A stretch of 57,837 bases of DNA, filler included, from Diploschistes diacapsis (lineage: Eukaryota): NCBI GenBank assembly GCA_023645945.1. It is 5 parts of 5 records of this genome, joined end to end, with 100 filler letters (N's around TTAATTAATTAA, not from the genome) between each part and the next. Parts side by side here need not be neighbours in the genome. Positions count along the whole stretch, not along the records: positions 11,592 to 23,081 come from JALAIB010000828.1; positions 23,182 to 34,670 come from JALAIB010000829.1; 3 more parts are not named here. One strand, 5' to 3'. Numbering within the stretch: position 1 is the first letter of the stretch; each line of letters opens with the position of its first letter. Below the pieces are notes generated by a model. The model ran no database searches. It saw only the letters and a program-made list of their open reading frames with translations, and was not told where the DNA came from. A program made the translations under genes and the position numbers. Shown piece by piece: positions 12,386 through 25,214 of this stretch.

Positions 12386-15300
12386 CTATTTCCCGACCCT
12401 GTCGCTCGCAAGCTTCGCCAGCGCCGAAAGCGACGGAGAGTCACCGACTTCCCCAGCTGAGACACCCACGCCGACTTCGCGGTGGAACCAGAACTGACAG
12501 CTTACCGCACTGAGCGAATCGAAGCCGTAGCTCGATATCGCAGCCCCGGGGTCGAGCGACGATCGATCGAAGCCCTGGAGCTTCGCGAGGAAGGTGAGGA
12601 AGCTTTCGAGGATGGTCGACGAGATCGATCCTTTGTCGCTCATGGATGCCAGTCTCTGCCGGAGAGAGAGATCGTTGGCGCCGTCGGTGACCTCGTCGAC
12701 GAGCTGGTGGTCTTGGAGGTGGCCGAGCTGGGATGGCGTCAGAATCGTTCCAGTTCATGTTATAATCATGAGAAAACAGGAGCTTACCTCTGGCCACTCA
12801 GTCCAAATGAGTTGGGTCTGATCCTTACCGACAACCTTGCCGTTGACCCTCTGCAGCATTTCCAGTCCCGTGACAATGACAGGTCTCTCACGTCGAGGAG
12901 ATTCGATGATGGCGGCTTCGAGGATCTTGCCGAGGTCGTATCGTGTGAGAGGAGTCAACGCAGACTTCGAAAGATAGCTCATAAGATCGGCAATGCCCGA
13001 TTCATGCAACACTCCTATCTCAGTCATGGCTCCTAGGGCGATGGACACGGCAGGAAGGTCGATGCTGTGCCTATATTCAGCGAGAGCGTTGAGGAAGCTG
13101 TTGCCGATGTTGTAATTTGCCTGATTGCGGTTTCCGAGGATGCTAGCAATGGAAGAGAAAAGGAGGAAAAGGTCGGGCTTATCATCCAGAGTCTCCTGGT
13201 GCAGAATCCAGCTTGAATCAATCTTTAGGCGGATACCAGTGTCCCATTGAGGCCCGGTCATGATACTGAATGGCACATCAGCTAGGACTAAAACCATGTT
13301 GATCACACCTTTGATTTGACCATGCTTTCGAATTTCGGCAAAAGAAGCGCTCATAGCTTCGCTATTGCTGGCATCTGCTTTAAGTACATGAATCGAAACG
13401 CCCGCAAGGCGAAGTTCGTCAACCGCGTCATGCGCACCCGCCGAGGCCGTTCCGCTTCTCGAAATGACAGCAAGCTTTCGAGCTCCCTGCGATGCCATCC
13501 ATGAGCAGACATACCGCCCTAAGCCACCAAGGCCACCAACAACAACATATACGCCGTTCGTGTCCAGCAAGGATGTCACTCGCTGGTACCCAACAACTTC
13601 GCATTGACCACCTGAGCTTCTAGAAACTGCTTCAGCTATCAAAGGCGGAGCTAGGCCAACCATGGCGGATAGTCGATCGTCTGGGACAATTCGCAAAATG
13701 TTGGGGCTGTTCTTCTTCCAGTCATGTTTGATCTCGTTTTCATCCAAGAATGCGAGGGCCTGCTCCACCCTTTCCATAACTGAGAGGTCGCTTTCATCTT
13801 CTCCACATACAATCCAAGTAACTCTCAGTGACGGCTGCTCGGCCTGCAACGTACGGAGTAGGATACCAGCACCGTGATGGAAGGGATTTGAGCGCCGACT
13901 TCGAGTAACCCAAATGATGCTACTTGCCGACGCCAGCAAATGTTGGAGCCACGGCAAGATGTCCGATCCTTTCCAAGTGGCGATGGCTGATTTCTCAGCC
14001 GTCTCTACCACAACGGCTTGGTATTTCCCAACGTCATCCCTTGTGCAAAATCGGGCGAGCACAGAAGGATCCAACGCAACAACTTCCGAATCAGCCTGTA
14101 ATGCTCCCAGAACCGACAAAGGTCTATCGGTAAAGAAGATTGATGTCGAAGAGTTGCTTGTTGGGGTTTTGGGGCCCAGTCGCCGATACGCTAACCAGTC
14201 CTCGCCAACGGATGATGGAAAATTTGCGAACGCTTGACGTCCATGTCCAAGACTACGGCTAGACGGAGTGCAAATGATTCCTTGGGGTTCTACTTTGCCC
14301 TCCGCATCTGGCGCTCCCGTATCCCCAAGGAGGAGCAAATTGACACCAGATTTCATTTCATCAACGAAACGGACCTTGACGTCGGCGACGTCGAACGGTT
14401 GTGGATGTTCGACAGAAATTGATCGATAAGAGGACCTTCGACGTCTAAATCCTTCAACCAATGTCCGTACGACTTGCTGATCAGAAAATCCGCACACGCC
14501 TATGTCTGCCATAGGCCATTTATGGAGTACCAAATCAATGAGATGTTGAAGAGACTCTATTTGCATATGGCCGTTCTGCGTGATATCTGGCAACATCAAC
14601 GGTAATGAGAACAAGCATTTAAGTGGAGGTTGTGCCACTTCATTGCTGTCGACCTGAATTACAAGACCTGCGACGACGATGACATGGTCTCTGTCAAACA
14701 TGTGTATGGTGCTAATGGATTTCATCATGGCAAAGGTTTCTGTAGATGTGCGAAAGTATCCTGTTGGGGAGACCACCCGTGAGTTATGAGTTGAGATTGA
14801 GCCTATAGATATGATATTGGGTTTTCCAGGAAAGAGACTGTTGGACGTTGAAAAAGGAATAAGACAGACAATTGCATGTAATATTTCGAATGTTAGACAA
14901 GATTCACTGCTTTCATTGCAATCGTAGGTTCCGCTACATCCAAGTGGGCCGACCTTGACGTCCTTAAGAATGGAAGGAAAGGCATCGATGTTGAGCCACT
15001 CGCCTGCTCTTTTGAGATCTTGGTCATCGGATACCGCTGGCAAGTCATCTGGCAAAGAGACACCATGTTCACGGAAACGAATTTTCCCACTGCATTCTCT
15101 GTTAATATTTTGATCTAGAGCAAGGATTTGGAAAAGGTATTCTCTGTTGCCTTCGATATCGAAAGTATTCAGGTGAAGATTGACGTGCTCCTTTTCGCGC
15201 AGGACGGATGAGATCACTGATGTTCCAGAGGGCTGGAGCTGCGAAATCTGCCAGGACTGATGATAATCCGACTGTAACTGGCGTGCGGCTTCTATCGCCA

Positions 15301-18300
15301 TAACGATATACAAAGCGACCCGAAGGTCGAGTGGCGCTCTCTCAGTCTATGATGGTTAGCGGAGAAGAATGCCTTGATCGAAGGAGTCTACCAAGGCTTT
15401 TTCAACAAAAGGAACCTCGTCCAGCCTCAAGTAGTTCCGCCAACAGGGAGAGAATGAAGAATCCTCCAATGCTCGAGCGCCGAGTAGAAGATCGCGACGG
15501 TGCTTTCGGAAACGGAGAGCCCTGCTTACGTCGGTCTCATACCAAAAGGTAGTCGAATGGTCCCAGGGGTATGGTGGGAGATCCGTCAGTACTCGTAGCA
15601 ATGCTGCATCGGCGTTGTCTTTGATATTGTTGACCCTATCAAGATGTACCTTAACCCCGGAGGCTAGCATTTCACCGACACCTTCAAGAAGACTGTCGAA
15701 CGCATCTTTCCCTCGAACACAGGTAGCCACATAATCTGATAACTCACGAGCAACTGAAAGAGCTGTCTCAGTGGAAGGAGATTTCAAGGCTGGGTGAGGT
15801 CCTATTTCTATCAGACAGACTGGCGTGGATGCGAGACTCCATAAGCACTCTGTCAAAGCTGGAGCGAACTGGACCGTTTGCACCATGTTCTTAGCCCAGT
15901 AAGAGGGAACACAGTCCTCAGAGACAATTGCGCCTCCAGTCACAGAAGAGAACATAGGGCATTTTGCCGGTCCGGAGAAAGTGATGCCCCGAGCCATTAA
16001 CGCTTCTTCGTAGTGCCGTGCGGCAGCCACGACATGAGAGGAATGAAAAGCTGCAAAAATTATTCAAGTGACCTTGGACCTTATCGAATACTCACCTGTA
16101 TCTACAAGAAGCTCTCGGCAGAAAATACCCATTTTCTTGACGTCCTCCATGACAGAATGAATAGCATCAACGTCGCCTGACAACGTGCAACTCCCTGGAG
16201 CGTTGATAGCAGCTATTTGAACACGATCATCATAAGTGGAAAGTAGATCCTTAGCCGTCTCTGGGCTGACACTGACGGCGCACATTGAACCTCGAGGTTT
16301 GCCGTTCTGGCAAGCCGAGCTGCCGAGATACAGGCCACGATAATACGAGATTATAATGGCGCTCTTAAGGCTTATCATTCCAGCAGAATAGGCGGCGGCA
16401 ACCTCACCCGACGAGTGGCCCACCACAGCGGAAGCGGTGACTCCCCAGAAGCGTAAAATTTCAACGATCCCAAGCTGCAGAACCGTACAAATGGGCTGCG
16501 AGAAGACAGACGAGTAGATGTTCGAAGCTTCCGCAGGCTTTTTTAACTCGTCGGCGATACGCCAATCTGGACCATCAGGAAGGGCGTCGAGGGCCATTTG
16601 GCATTCCTCGACTATGGAAGTGAACAACAGGGAGCCCCCCAGAAGTTCTTTGGCCATACCTGGCCTATCGACAATGAGCTGGCTTCGAAGAGTCAACTTC
16701 TCCACTTACCATTGAGCACCTTGTCCGGTGAAGATGAGAATAAGAGCTGGAGACGTGCCAACTGGCTTCTCTAGGATTTTCGCCGATTCAGCTTTCAAAG
16801 AAGCAAGTAACTGTTGCTGGTTACGGGCGATGAGGAACGTTGTTTTTGACATGGTTGATCTTCGATTCCCAAGCGTGTAAGCAAGCTGTTGCAGGTCTGG
16901 CTGCTCGCGTTCACAGTACGTGGCGAGATTCTCCTTCATCCGGCCCAGAGCGGTCGTCGTGAGTGCCGATATCTTGAATAGGAACGGTCGATTAGGGTTA
17001 TGGCATCTCGTTGCAGGCGGTAAGGGATGTGATTGCAATACAGCATGACCGTTGCTGCCTCCTGCACCGAACGAATTAACAGCTGCAAGCCGAGCACCGG
17101 TTTCGGATTCCGGCCAGCTCAGCATTTGTCTTGGAATCTTTAGGTTTGAGAAATCAATTTGGGGATGGAGCTGTTTGAGATTCATCTGAGGTGGAATCAT
17201 AGCTCGCTCCATTGCTTCGACAGTCTTGATAACGGCTGCTAAAGCTGAACTCGATTCGAGATGGCCGAGGTTTGGCTTGGTCGATCCCACTATGAGATCT
17301 TCCCTCCGTTCGGATGATTGAAAGACAGCGTTTATAGCAGAGATTTCTCGCGTGTCCCCTGCATTTGTGCCTGTTCCATGAGCCTCGAGATACTGTATGT
17401 CATCTGGTGAGATGCCTAAGCGTTTATAAAGGCAGCTCATGTTATTCTGTTGGGCGATGGCAGAAGGTAGGGTGATGCCTTGAGTGCGGCCATCTTGATT
17501 GAGCCGAGTTCCCTTGATTATGGCTCGGATTGGGTCATTGCAGCGAATAGCGTCTTCCAATGGGCGTAGGAGGAGACCAATAACGCCCTCGCCGCGTCCA
17601 TAACCGTCAGCCGCAGCATCGAACGTTTTGCACCTGCCATCAGGACTAAGATAACCGAGCTCCGTACAAGAGATGAACATTTCTGGGCTCAGTATTATTT
17701 TCGCACCACAAACTAAAGCCGATGTACACTCAGACATCTGCAGGGCTGTTACTGCCTCGTGCAAAGCCGACATGGATGACGAACAAGCGCTATCGACAAC
17801 GACACTAGGACCAGATAGGTCGAAAAAGTAACTCAGTCTATTCGAAGCAAAGCTGCCAGCTGTACCTGTCGCGCAATATCTGGGGGTTGCATCCGCATTT
17901 CGCGCGAGGATAGTGTGATAGTCAGTGCCCTCCATACCTGATCAACAGATCAGAAGGTTAAACACAATCATAAGTGCTCATACCAGAATATACGCCAGTA
18001 TTGCTCCCAGTGAAATCATCAAGTGAGATTCCCGCATTTTCAACGGCTTCATATGCAACTTCAATCAACATACGTTGCTGAGGGTCAATTGCAGCTGCTT
18101 CTTGAGGAGCAATACGAAAAAAGGTGTTGTCGAAACCACGAATAAGATCATCGTTCAGCATGTATGCTCTTTTGACGTCTGTGAGGCCTTTCAACGGTCC
18201 GCCTCTGGGATGATAGAAGCCTCGAACATTAAATCTCGTGATCTCGCTCTGCACGTCTTTCGAAGATGCGAGGAGATCCCAGAGCTCTGTCGGCGAGTTT

Positions 18301-18356
18301 GCTCCCGCAACCCGACAAGACATGCCAATGATGGCTATTTCCCGCCGCGTATCCAT
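12386..18356 (-). CDS. Iterative type I reducing polyketide synthase, KS-AT-DH(inactive)-degenerate MT region-KR-ACP, 6 exons, about 1900 aa
   Basis: KS: IAIIGMSCR, DPQQR, VDSACSSS, EAHGTGT, KPNLGHLE. AT: FTGQGAQW, GHSSGE, AFHS. KR: VVGGLGGLG, VLAD, FSSIASILGNRNQANYNIGN. ACP: YGFDSLSAV. Five GT-AG introns join the ORF-track pieces in frame. Confidence 0.93.
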
Positions 18357-19418
18357 TTTGGCCAAAGTGCGAGAGGATACTTAGGATTAGTTTGATTGTA
18401 CATGTCGCCCAGAGGGAGCCTTTTTAAACTCAAGCAACGACCACAAATATCAGTGCTCGAATTTTACCTGGCGTAAGCTTCAAGGCCAGGCTTATTGTTG
18501 ATGCAACGATGCATGAGACCCATGAAGCATTTGATGTAACCCTTTAGGTTCTCCTACAAGGGTCTGGGCTTTTGCCTCGATTGGCTACACGCGCTACATT
18601 ATCTTCATTGAGGGGTGGATGCGGCGCACACAGGATACCCTCCACTGTAGATTTCTTGAGGAGCAAGCCAATCGTGGAGCTACCCCTGGACAAGCTCTGC
18701 TGCAGATGGTTGCCACAGGTAGGCCCCTAAAGCGCTCCAGTTTGTCACGGTGGACGGGCTCCGTGACCGCTTTGTCATAGCCACAATTTCTTTAAACGAT
18801 TGATGGCTGTATCAAGTGAGAAAGATTGGGCGCTTCGTTATTGTTTTCGACTTTTTTTGGTAGCATTCCAGTCCGAGGATCTTGATTCGATAGGCTCAGG
18901 AGCTCAAGCCGTCCAACCAGCTTCATAACAATGGCCACGAATGAGCTGAGGGAAGCATGTTACGAACGACATTGCGGTAGATATCGAGAAAAAGTGATAG
19001 GGAGAATTCGGGATGGGTGGGTCGAAGAGGAAGCTGAAATCAAAACTCTTGGTCAAGGGACAACTCAGTGAGGGAATCCAAGTCCGAAGGAATCAGCCAA
19101 TCAAAACTTTCCATTCACCTATTTGGTCCATAATAGCTTCGAAGCATCTATGAGAGGATAATGAGGATTACTTACTCGTGGCGTAGATAGGTGTAGAATA
19201 GATTACCGCGAAGGAAAAATCGCTGTGTGGGCATCAGGCCCTCAGCCTTACGCATCCAGCCCTATGCAGAAGCACTCTGCAGGTGCACTGCTTGCAAAAG
19301 TAGTGCAAAAGCTAAACACCGATACTATCTAGTACCGCCTTTGCCATCTCAGTTCTACTAGCCCTTGTGAATCACCCCATAGGCCTTTGCGTCCGCATCA
19401 GCCAGCTGCCCACTGAAG

Positions 19419-19802
19419 ATGGTTGTCCGGCATAGCGGCCTGCAGAGGTCGGTATTGTCACTCTATCGGTCTTGTCTGAGGGAGGCGAGGAGGAAGCCTG
19501 AAGTAAATTCCTACGCTTTTAGGCTTTTCTTGAGTGACAATTTGAAGATGTGGGCTAATGCCGTTTGTTTTAAGGAGAGTCGGGAGAACTTCAGGATATT
19601 TGCACGGTGGGTCAAGATATGCCTTGCGTCATTTATGGGTTTTTGAAGTGATTGTGGCTGAGTTGATGTTTATAGGAACGAGTTCTATCAGAATCTTACG
19701 GTCGATAAGAAAGACTTTGCTGCCGTTGAGTATTTGTTGCGCAAGGGGCAAAGGCAGCTAGAGACTTATGCAGCGCCGGGAATCATCAATATTCGTAGAT
19801 GA
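19419..19802 (+). CDS. SDH6: Succinate dehydrogenase assembly factor 1 (LYR-motif protein)
   Basis: Introns 19503-19574 and 19607-19675 give MVVRHSGLQRSVLSLYRSCLREARRKPEESRENFRIFARNEF...VDKKDFAAVEYLLRKGQRQLETYAAPGIINIRR*. Confidence 0.92.
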
Positions 19803-19988
19803 GGCTGCACAGGTAATCGCACATCCATGAGAGATCTGCGACAACTGGATGCATTAAGATTATAACTAACATAACAGTAAGACTCCCTTTTCCTGCTATA
19901 GCAACGAGATCATATAATTATTTCCAGCTGTATCACCCAGCACCCTCGCTAATTCAACCATCAAGTCGTCAAAGGTAAACCATAACGC

Positions 19989-21145
19989 TCAAAGCCCAGG
20001 CATCTCATCGCCGGTCCGGGGATAGTCGCGCCACTGTGGATCGAAGCACAGTCCCAGCCTCCAGAAATACTGCCGATGCGCAAACAGCAGCTGCCAAATC
20101 TGCCACGAGTCCGGTATCTCCAAACCCCAGTGAGGACGCCCGTTTCGAGCCTGCAATAGTGCATTCTGTGACCCACGATATTCGTTTAACCCGTATTTAT
20201 TATGACTGTCAGCCGGCCCTTCAATACACCTCTCATCTTGGTCTCCTTCGCACCGCTCGAGATCGCCAATGGCAGGAGGCAATCCGTCCTTTGAAATGAA
20301 GACTTCGCCTCCATGCATGTGCCAATCCCAACGCTCAAACGGAAGAAGAGGGACAGGATCTTGGACGTGGGTAACGCGACGATAGGCGATGTCGCTCTCC
20401 GAAACGTTCCAAGGAAAGATTCGATCCATATATTCCGCCATCGCCTGATTCCCCAGCCTCGGTTCTCCGAATGTTGTCACCTCGAGATCCCATCCTCTCG
20501 CCTTGAGCTCTAGTGCAGCCAAGCCGGCGACGGCGCCGCCAAGAGAATGTCCGGCAAGTACGAGTCGGTATTCGGGGTACTCAAGCTTCAGCCTTTCGAG
20601 GGTGGGGAGTATCTGTTCTTTCGTCGCGTTCCAGGACGACATGAATCCGGAGTGGACGGTGCAATCATGGCAATCGGCGTCGTTGGCGGGATAGGGAAGG
20701 TATTCGGCTGGGGACGTCATGAGGTCGTGGACGGCGTCGGCGAAGGAGTGGGTGCCGCGGAAGACGACGAGGATGCGCCGCGGCCACGGCGAGTGGGAAA
20801 GGACTATGTAGCCGCTTGAACTTGATTGGAGAATGCCTGTACTCCACGTCTAGGCATCTTTAGTTAGACATAACCTCAGTCCGTCCTGATGAAAGCGCAT
20901 ACCGCGACGAGCGCAAACCCTCTGAAATCCGAACAGTGGCTCAAGCACTCGAAGGGCTCCTGGATACCTGTGTTTCCGACACAGTATGATATAGCTACTA
21001 GGCGACTCAGCTCCTCGAGCTGGAGGAATAGACCCTTCGAAACATGTCGATCGAAGGTCTGCGTCTGGTATTGTCGTAGAGTCAGAGGCGAGGTTTTGGC
21101 GCTCCCAAAGAGCAGGGCAAGCACGCACGCTAGAAGAACGAGCAT
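19989..21145 (-). CDS. Secreted class-3 lipase (Lipase_3)
   Basis: Signal peptide MLVLLACVLALLFG, one intron (about 20850-20901), VVFRGT, CTVHSGF, nucleophile GHSLGG, TFGEPRLGN, RVTHVQDPVPLLP, AHRQYF. Confidence 0.92.
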
Positions 21146-21415
21146 GTTCAAGTCGGTCGGGAAGCTACATAGCCAAGAACAAGCTTTAATCTAAGATAAA
21201 GCGCCGCCCACCATGACGGCGAAGCTGGTGATGAATTCACATGGTTCGAGAATGAAGGGAAACGGGGAGTGGGAAAAAAGGTGGAGTGAAGGCGATGCGG
21301 TCATTCTGCGGTATCATTGATTCCGCTTGGTACAACATCATCATTCCCTAAAGTATCCGCAACCCCATAACTGAGCCTTCGCTTCTACAGCTTCGAATTT
21401 GATCCCCCTATGCCC

Positions 21416-22562
21416 TCACCAATGTCTTGTTTTACACTTCTCGCATCTCAGATACCTCTCCCCACCATGGAATCTGCATTGAAACTCAGCCTCGCAATGC
21501 CTGCAATGTGAATATGTGCGGAGTATTTTCTCCTTTTCATCCATCTCTTTCTGCACTTCGTCTCTTGACGCGATCGCAGCGATCTCTCGTACTTGCAAAT
21601 CTCTCAACTTTGAGTCTTGTTCGCTGATCTTCACTTGGAGAGCTAATTCTGCCATTGTCGACTTATGATGATGGTGCCGAAGTATGTCGCTGGCGAGCTC
21701 TGCGTCTTCCTCCAACAATTTGATAAAAGTTGTGTCACTCAACAGCTTGCCAAGATGAGCTATGCATTTGGTAATCACAAGATCACGGAGACCTTTGTCG
21801 CTGGCTGGCGTTGAAGTGTAAACTTCATGGGCAACATCGGTGAATTTTCGAGGCAAGTCTTCGCTTTCTACCAACGACTTGAACTTGTTCAATGCAAGTG
21901 CCTTGAGAAGACCAATGTCATACGTCTCTGCCATAGCATATACCAAGACATTGTTGACCAGTTTCTCTGTTACATGGTCACCAAGAGACGCTTCCGATTC
22001 TGGAAGAAACTCTGGGGATTGACCGCCTTCGCTGGATACGGTGCCACTGTCCCTGGTCTGCTCTTCACCTGCTGTTGGAGGGGACAATGACTGAGAGCCA
22101 GATCCAATCTTCATCAGATTCGTGGTTGAAGCAAGGTCGTGTATATCTGGGGAATTTCCGCCCACCTCGCTGTCATCATAGTCGTCAATGTAACAGAATA
22201 GTAGCATACGTTTCACGGTTTCAAGGTCATTCTCTTCAAATGGATACTCCTGAGTGGCGGCCTCCTGCTTCAGTGAGTGACAGGGTTCTGAGAGCAGCTT
22301 CACTGAGGATTTCACTTACAGCATAGTTGTCAGTCAGAGCCTTCCTCAACGGCTCGGATTTCTGGCTTATGAAAGCGCGGTGAGCCCGGATTCTCTTCCC
22401 TTCGCAGATGACTGTGAGATCTGCAAATCCAATCCTCTCTACTTCCTCTTCAAGCTTTGAACCCGCCGTTTTGACCCCTACAACGGGTCTCTGTGCGGGA
22501 TGGTCATTGTCCTCCATCTGTGGGCTTCGGGCTCTAATGTTAAGATTCTGAGATGCCTGCAT
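21416..22562 (-). CDS. BTB/POZ-domain protein with C-terminal coiled coil and CxxC..CxxC motif
   Basis: FADLTVICEGKRIRAHRAFISQKSEPL...[intron]..EAATQEYPFEENDLETVKRMLLFCYIDDY; NVLVYAMAETYDIGLLKALA; C-terminal CRHC...CEKC. Start codon uncertain (22562 or the next Met). Confidence 0.85.
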
Positions 22563-23081
22563 GGCGTAGGATATGGTCCGGAGAAGTATCCTTGAAGGTA
22601 ACTTTGAAAGATTCCTGAAGGATTATTTATACGGATTACTGAAAGAGCTCTTATACAGGCTAACCCAAATACTCTTTCACGTTTCTCTCTCTCTCTTTGT
22701 CCAGACAGCCACTATTGATCACGACGAGAGTTTCTCAAAACATCAATGAATATACGCAAAACACGGTCTTGCAGATGAGACTTTTGGATCACATTCTTTG
22801 CGCTCAGAATTCTTGTTTGCCACCTGTCTCAGAAGATTCTTTGTGACACTCCCGCTCCACGTCACAGTCAACTAGCGAGGCTACCTTTCATTACACAGGA
22901 AGACCAAGGAAAAGGCTTTCATACGGCACACCCTTCTTTGCAACAAGCCCATGCAACCCGGGCCTCTTGCAAGCCAGCCCCGCCTACCAAAGGTCTTCCT
23001 GCCACTAACATTTTCAATCCCGCAATACCTCACCCCCTTCCATGCCTATGCAGTATCTTTCACTCTCCTCTCCTCTCCCCC

Positions 23082-23181
23082 NNNNNNNNNNNNNNNNNNN
23101 NNNNNNNNNNNNNNNNNNNNNNNNNTTAATTAATTAANNNNNNNNNNNNNNNNNNNNNNNNNNNNNNNNNNNNNNNNNNNN
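23082..23181. other. Artificial contig spacer
   Basis: 100-bp N run with TTAATTAATTAA linker. Confidence 0.98.
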
Positions 23182-23990
23182 CTCCCCTCCCTCTCCCACC
23201 TTCTCGCAAGCAATGAAAAGAGCTAGGTCAGCTTCGCCGTTCTTCTATTGCGACATTTCTCCGAGCCAGCCCATATACCGCCCTATAAGCACGCACCTGC
23301 ATGCATCAAAACTTTTGCCACATACGTAGCTCTCTCGTGTGTGGCAGAAGCAGGCAAGTCTGCATGGGACAGGCAGGGCAAAGGCAAGGCAAGGCAAGGC
23401 GAGGTTGTCGGCCGTCTGCTTGTCATCAGGCTCGGTAACGTTATCTCTGACCACCACCACCATCGGTATCCATGAACCCCCCTGGTGTGCCAAACCTCAT
23501 GCTAAACTGCGGCAAGTTGCCATGGACTTCCTGGCCGGGCTCATCTCATAGAGGCTTGTTACTGACCGACTGGCTTGATTTAAAACACGCATTAACCGGT
23601 TCTGGGGGATGGACATGGGCTGGTCCCTATGGGCATTATCATCGGTGTGCATGGAGAAGGTGAGATCGGATGGTTTGCAATACAAACTATGGGATAAATA
23701 AAAGCTTTAACGAGCCTTGATTGGTCTATACCTAGGTAGAGAGGGATACCCATAGCTAGAAAGCGAACTTTCAGCCTGACTGAGTCCACCAGAGGCAGCT
23801 GCAAAAGACAGTATTGGAAAAACCAAAAACCCAAAAATAAACAAAAAATGGTTGGATGCTCAATCCTTTCCAGTATATCCCCTATCGCGGCTTAGAACGT
23901 TGGCTGGCTCGAGGCCGTTCCGCCTGCCATATGGTTAATTCTCTGTGCCTTCACCTATATAGAGCGATGAGGATCCACATACCTGCTACT

Positions 23991-24391
23991 TCATCTGTAG
24001 TCTGGCGTAACTTTGTCCTCACCCCTCCTGTAATCAGGCGTAGCTCCAGTCTCATCATTTTGTCCATCATCAGGAGTTACTCCTTCTTCATAACCTCTCT
24101 TGTAGTCAGGAGTTACTTTCGTGCCGTCGTCGTCCCTCTTGTAGTCTGGCGTAACATCCTTTTCATCACGTTTGTAGTCAGGAGTAACTTCGTCGGTGGT
24201 TTCACGTTTGTAGTCAGGCGTGACGTGCTCATCCTCCTTTCTTGCCAGCTGCTTGATGGAGCCAGTGGTCGATGGATCTATCTACACTTCAATCGATGCT
24301 CATGGGGAGTCTGAAGGGAAACAGTCTTACATAGAGGAGCAGCTGTGGCCGTCAAGCCCAAAGCAAGAACGAGAAGGTTCCTAGCAAGCAT
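23991..24391 (-). CDS. Kex2-processed repeat protein (KEP), putative fungal RiPP precursor with [V/A]TPDY repeats, 115 aa
   Basis: Exon 1 24391-24331, intron 24330-24278 (GTAAGA..TAG), exon 2 24277-23991. Translation: MLARNLLVLALGLTATAAPLYPSTTGSIKQLAR KEDEHVTPDY KR ETTDEVTPDY KR DEKDVTPDY KR DDDGTKVTPDY KR GYEEGVTPDD GQ NDETGATPDY RR GEDKVTPDY R*. Signal peptide plus dibasic-delimited repeats; codons for the conserved TPDY vary synonymously. The branch point is weak, so the acceptor is inferred from frame. Confidence 0.85.
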
Positions 24392-24516
24392 TCTGTTCTT
24401 CCCCCCTAAAGTATTTCTAACCGTGTTCTTGACTTGCCTATTGAAGCGTTCTGAGAACGAAGCTTGAAAAAAACTGATCTGCAGAGCTCAATTACCCAAA
24501 ACTAGGATACCGTCTC

Positions 24517-24524
24517 TTTATATA
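24517..24524 (-). promoter_or_regulatory. TATA-like element upstream of the KEP precursor
   Basis: TATATAAA on the minus strand about 130 bp upstream of ATG 24391. Confidence 0.45.
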
Positions 24525-25214
24525 GATGGGCAAAGGACATCTTACTTGCTAACCTAGGCAGGCACTTGGCGAAGGATCTTCTCGCATCTTAGAAAGGGAA
24601 ATCCCAAGAAAGTGGCAGCGTGGGTTCTCAGCTTGTCTTTTCCAAGGCATGAGCTGTTGAGCTTTACCGGAGAAGCAGGCCCAAGTTGGTGAACTTGACG
24701 AATTCAATGCAACTTTGCCTCTTTGCCACTTTGCCTTCTTCACATGGTGCCTGGAGAAGTGTGCATATGATACTATGATACGGAAAACTTGGCCGAAAAT
24801 CCGACGATCAAGAAAGCGCCACCACCGCCGATCGGTAGAGACCTACATTAGCATGACTCTATCCCATAGTCCGAATAGATGAGGCCATGCTCCGTTCGTT
24901 TTCACCAATGCTCAATCTTTGCACGCCCCATGAGTGCATAGGTATATGAAATTCTTTGCTTGCAGTAGCTGTGACGCCAATCCACCAGCAATATTCGTTG
25001 ACCACCACTTCACACGCAAGAAGTGTTCTCGTAAGCGTCTGTTAACGTGAGCAGTTTTCAAAGCGGGCGAGTGAGGGGGCAAGACAGCACCCCGTTCTTT
25101 CCCATTTTCATTTGATCCCTCATTCTTTCCGGAGTACGAGTCCCAGAGAGCTCGATAGCCGATTGAGAGTCTTTGGGTCGAAAGTTCTTTCATTTTGGTT
25201 TCCAGAGCATTACC

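Noticed and set aside
19989..21145. Lipase as trans-acting release enzyme for the PKS
   Set aside because: It has a signal peptide and ordinary Lipase_3 features, so it is unlikely to meet a cytosolic PKS; SDH6 lies between them.
23856..24314. 152-aa plus-strand ORF with VVRS/VVWR repeats
   Set aside because: It is the antisense shadow of the VTPDY precursor; signal peptide, KR sites and synonymous variation all favour the minus strand.
24781..24803. CGG-N9-CCG, a possible Zn2Cys6 site in the KEP-tyrosinase intergenic region
   Set aside because: Too short to distinguish from chance without cross-species conservation.
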